Below the pieces are notes generated by a model. That model saw nothing but the letters and a program-made list of their open reading frames with translations. It was not told where the DNA came from and did not search any database. From Fonticula alba ATCC 38817 (taxonomy: Eukaryota > Protista > Nucleariida): a DNA stretch of 9,258 nucleotides. The stretch lies in the NCBI GenBank assembly GCA_000388065.2, contig KB932202.1; one strand, 5' to 3'. Shown here piece by piece: positions 7,523 through 9,258 of this stretch (position 1 is its first letter; each line of letters begins with the position of its first letter). The translations under genes and the position numbers were made by a program.

Positions 7523-8278
7523 GACAGCAGGCGGCGGGCCTGGGCCGATGGCGAGACAGGCGGACGGACGGGCGGGGCGCGACGAGGGAAAGAGAGGGCG
7601 AAAGGAGCGGAGGGGCGGGCGAGCGGGCGGGTGGGCGGGCGGGCGGGCGGGCGGGCGGGCGGGCAGCTGCAGGGAGGGGCGTGTCAAGCCCTCCGCCCCA
7701 GCCTGCACCGGTTAGCCGGCCGCGCGAAAAATCCCCCTCCCCCGGGCGACAGGGCGCGCGATCGGGCCCACGGCCCTGCCCTCGCAGCGCGGACGATTGA
7801 GGGGAGAAGGGGGGCCGGCCGCCGCGGGCAGAAGAAGCCCCACCCACCCGCGGGCGTCATCTCCGGCCGGCCAATCGGCCGAAGCACACCAAAATAGAGC
7901 ATACTAATCCCGCTTCAACATACATCCACCCCCCCCCCCCCCCCCCTCTCCCGCCACTTCGCACCCGGTTCCCGAAGCGCGCGACCAACGATCGGGCTTG
8001 TCAATTTGGATCCCGCTGGTCATGTGAAGCGGGCACGTGCGCGCGGCGCTCCCCGGACAGCGGTGTTTACGGCCTTCTCTTGGGCGGCCAGCGGGTCGCC
8101 GCACCCGCGCCGAGGTCTCCTCTTGGCGGCCCATCCCCCGAGAGGCACCGCAGTGCGACCCGCCCCGCCCCCCTCCTGGCTTCTTCTGCCGCATTCGCCG
8201 ACTGTCTTCCTCCCCTTCCCCCCCCCCCTCTCGCCCCTCGCTCCCTCTCTATCTCCCCCTATTTCCCGCCCCTGCCCC
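7523..8278. promoter_or_regulatory. Putative bidirectional promoter/5'UTR region shared by PXMP4 (-) and AP5S1 (+)
   Basis: The two ATGs face away from each other 756 nt apart. The interval contains CGCGCGAAAA (7721-7730), GGCCAATCGG (7869-7878, CCAAT consensus), an AT-richer patch (~7888-7925), GTCATGTGA (8019-8027) and CACGTG (8034-8039). Start sites are not determinable from sequence. Confidence 0.5.
7633..7664. repeat. (GGGC)8 GC-box-like, G4-capable array upstream of the PXMP4 ATG
   Basis: Eight exact tetramers, with further degenerate copies back to ~7613. Confidence 0.9.
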
Positions 8279-8551
8279 ATGGTGGTCCTTGTCGCTGTGA
8301 TCGCAGCGCCGCCAAGCACGGCCGCCGTGGCCGCCGTGGCCCCCTCCTCCCAGTCTCCGGCCCTTCTGGCCGCGCGGATACATGACCCCTCGCTGGTGGG
8401 CAACAACGCGCAAGAGCGCCGGCAGCGGGTGTCCTATGTTGTGACGGCGGCCGTGCGCCAGGCCGTCGCCAGCGCCGCCTGCCGGTCGGTGTCGGTTGCC
8501 TCGATGGCCGCCAGCTATGTGCCCTCGCAGCCGCAGCCGCAGCCGCAAAGT

Positions 8552-8588
<37 letters not shown>

Positions 8589-9201
8589 CTAACCGCCCCC
8601 GGGCCGGACCAGGCGGGCCGGCGTCGGCAGCCGCAGCCGCAGCCGCGGCCGGGGCCCCGCGCGATACCATCTTCGTGGCCGAGGCCAGCGCCGGGCATGG
8701 CCCGGTCATGGGCGGGCGCCTGTCGGCTGCGCCGCTGGCGGCCGCCATCGAGTCCAGCGCGGCGGCCGTGCTCAGCCTCGACCGGACCTCGGACGACGGG
8801 GTCTTCGCGCTGCCCCCCTCGCCGGGTCTCTTCCCTGTGCAGTACACTTGTGTGTGGGCGCGCACGGGCGGGTGCGTCCCGCGCCTGGCTTCTCTCTCTC
8901 TCTCTCTCTCCCCCCCCCCCCCCCCCCCCTGTCTCCCTCTCCCTGCTCCTATGGCTGCCGCACATGGGTAGCTGACCGTCTTTTCGCCTCCTCCCCCGGG
9001 GCCCTCCCTGCCCCATACGCCCTGTGCCCCTGTTTCCCGCGTGCCAGGCTGATTGTCTCGCTCCTATTGGACCCCGGCGAGAATCCCCTCTTCGCCACGA
9101 AAACCGCCCGCGCACTGGTCATGGCGATTGGTGGGCTCTCGGCGACCAGTGGCCGGCAGGCCAACCCTCACGCCCCCTTCCAGTCGACCATTTTGCTGGA
9201 G
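8279..9201 (+). CDS. AP5S1: Probable AP-5 adaptor complex sigma subunit (longin-like fold), 5' part. Exons 8279-8871 and 9048-9201. 3'-partial.
   Basis: Splicing gtgcgt (8872) to ccag (9047), phase 2, gives ..SLDRTSDDGVFALPPSPGLFPVQYTCVWARTGG|LIVSLLLDPGENPLFATKTARALV..STILLE. This aligns with the recalled human AP5S1 segment ..GAFRLAAENPF..RTVVWLGVLSLGFALVLDAHENLLLAEGTLRLL..SLLL. The N-terminus MVVLVAVI resembles MVHAFLI. The next donor, gtacgc, is at 9202. The similarity is by eye to a divergent family. Confidence 0.72.
8552..8587 (+). repeat. (CAG)12 encoding poly-Gln in the putative AP5S1
   Basis: In frame with ATG 8279 and preceded by QPQPQPQ (CAGCCG repeats). Confidence 0.93.
8891..8929. 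repeat. (TC)10 followed by a poly-C run in AP5S1 intron 1
   Basis: Direct reading. Confidence 0.9.
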
Positions 9202-9258
9202 GTACGCCCGCGGACCAGCACGCTGGGCCATCGCCCGCGTCTGGCCCCCCCCCCCCCC

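Noticed and set aside
7523-7708. Upstream in-frame ATG (7708) extending PXMP4 by 62 aa
   Set aside because: The extension is translated (GCCC)n repeat (PARPPARP) with no homology. Similarity starts at MLDDPR. A short upstream coding exon remains possible but unsupported.
7899-7977. TACTAAT branch-like motif (+) and GTATGT/GTATGC donor-like motifs (-) in the intergenic AT-rich patch, suggesting 5'UTR introns
   Set aside because: There is no convincing partner splice site (the next plus-strand AG is GAAG with no clear donor), so it cannot be supported without transcript data.
8006-8278. Upstream ATG (8006) extending the AP5S1 ORF by 91 aa
   Set aside because: It passes through C/T-rich UTR-like sequence. 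ATG 8279 matches the recalled family N-terminus better.
244-9201. Functional cluster of organelle genes (ER channel, peroxisomal protein, lysosomal adaptor)
   Set aside because: There is no shared pathway or operon-like organisation. Adjacency in a compact eukaryotic genome is most simply chance unless synteny or co-expression shows otherwise.

Overview
This is a very GC-rich eukaryotic genomic window with spliceosomal GT-AG introns, many microsatellites, long C/G homopolymers and one 127-N assembly gap. I see no prokaryotic features, mobile elements, CRISPR arrays or RNA genes. It holds three intron-containing genes. (1) The 5' part of an inositol 1,4,5-trisphosphate receptor (IP3R/ITPR) lies on the minus strand: 6 visible exons in 244-5096, about 1290 codons, continuing off the left edge. 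The IP3-contacting residues are intact and there are several large low-complexity insertions. The ORF track misses its main reading frame because that frame has no stop codon inside the window. (2) A complete 3-exon peroxisomal membrane protein PXMP4/PMP24 gene lies on the minus strand (6536-7522, 221 aa). (3) A divergently transcribed gene on the plus strand from 8279 looks like the AP-5 adaptor sigma subunit AP5S1 and continues off the right edge. Composition, fungal-like splice signals and the IP3R plus AP-5 content suggest a unicellular opisthokont such as Fonticula; this is inference, not verified. All protein comparisons use reference sequences recalled from memory, not a database search. 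I found no wholly new multi-gene system. The most interesting signals are the insertion-rich but ligand-competent-looking IP3R, the retained AP-5 subunit, and a consistent intron architecture with distal CTGAC branch points and repeat-filled AG-free spacers.
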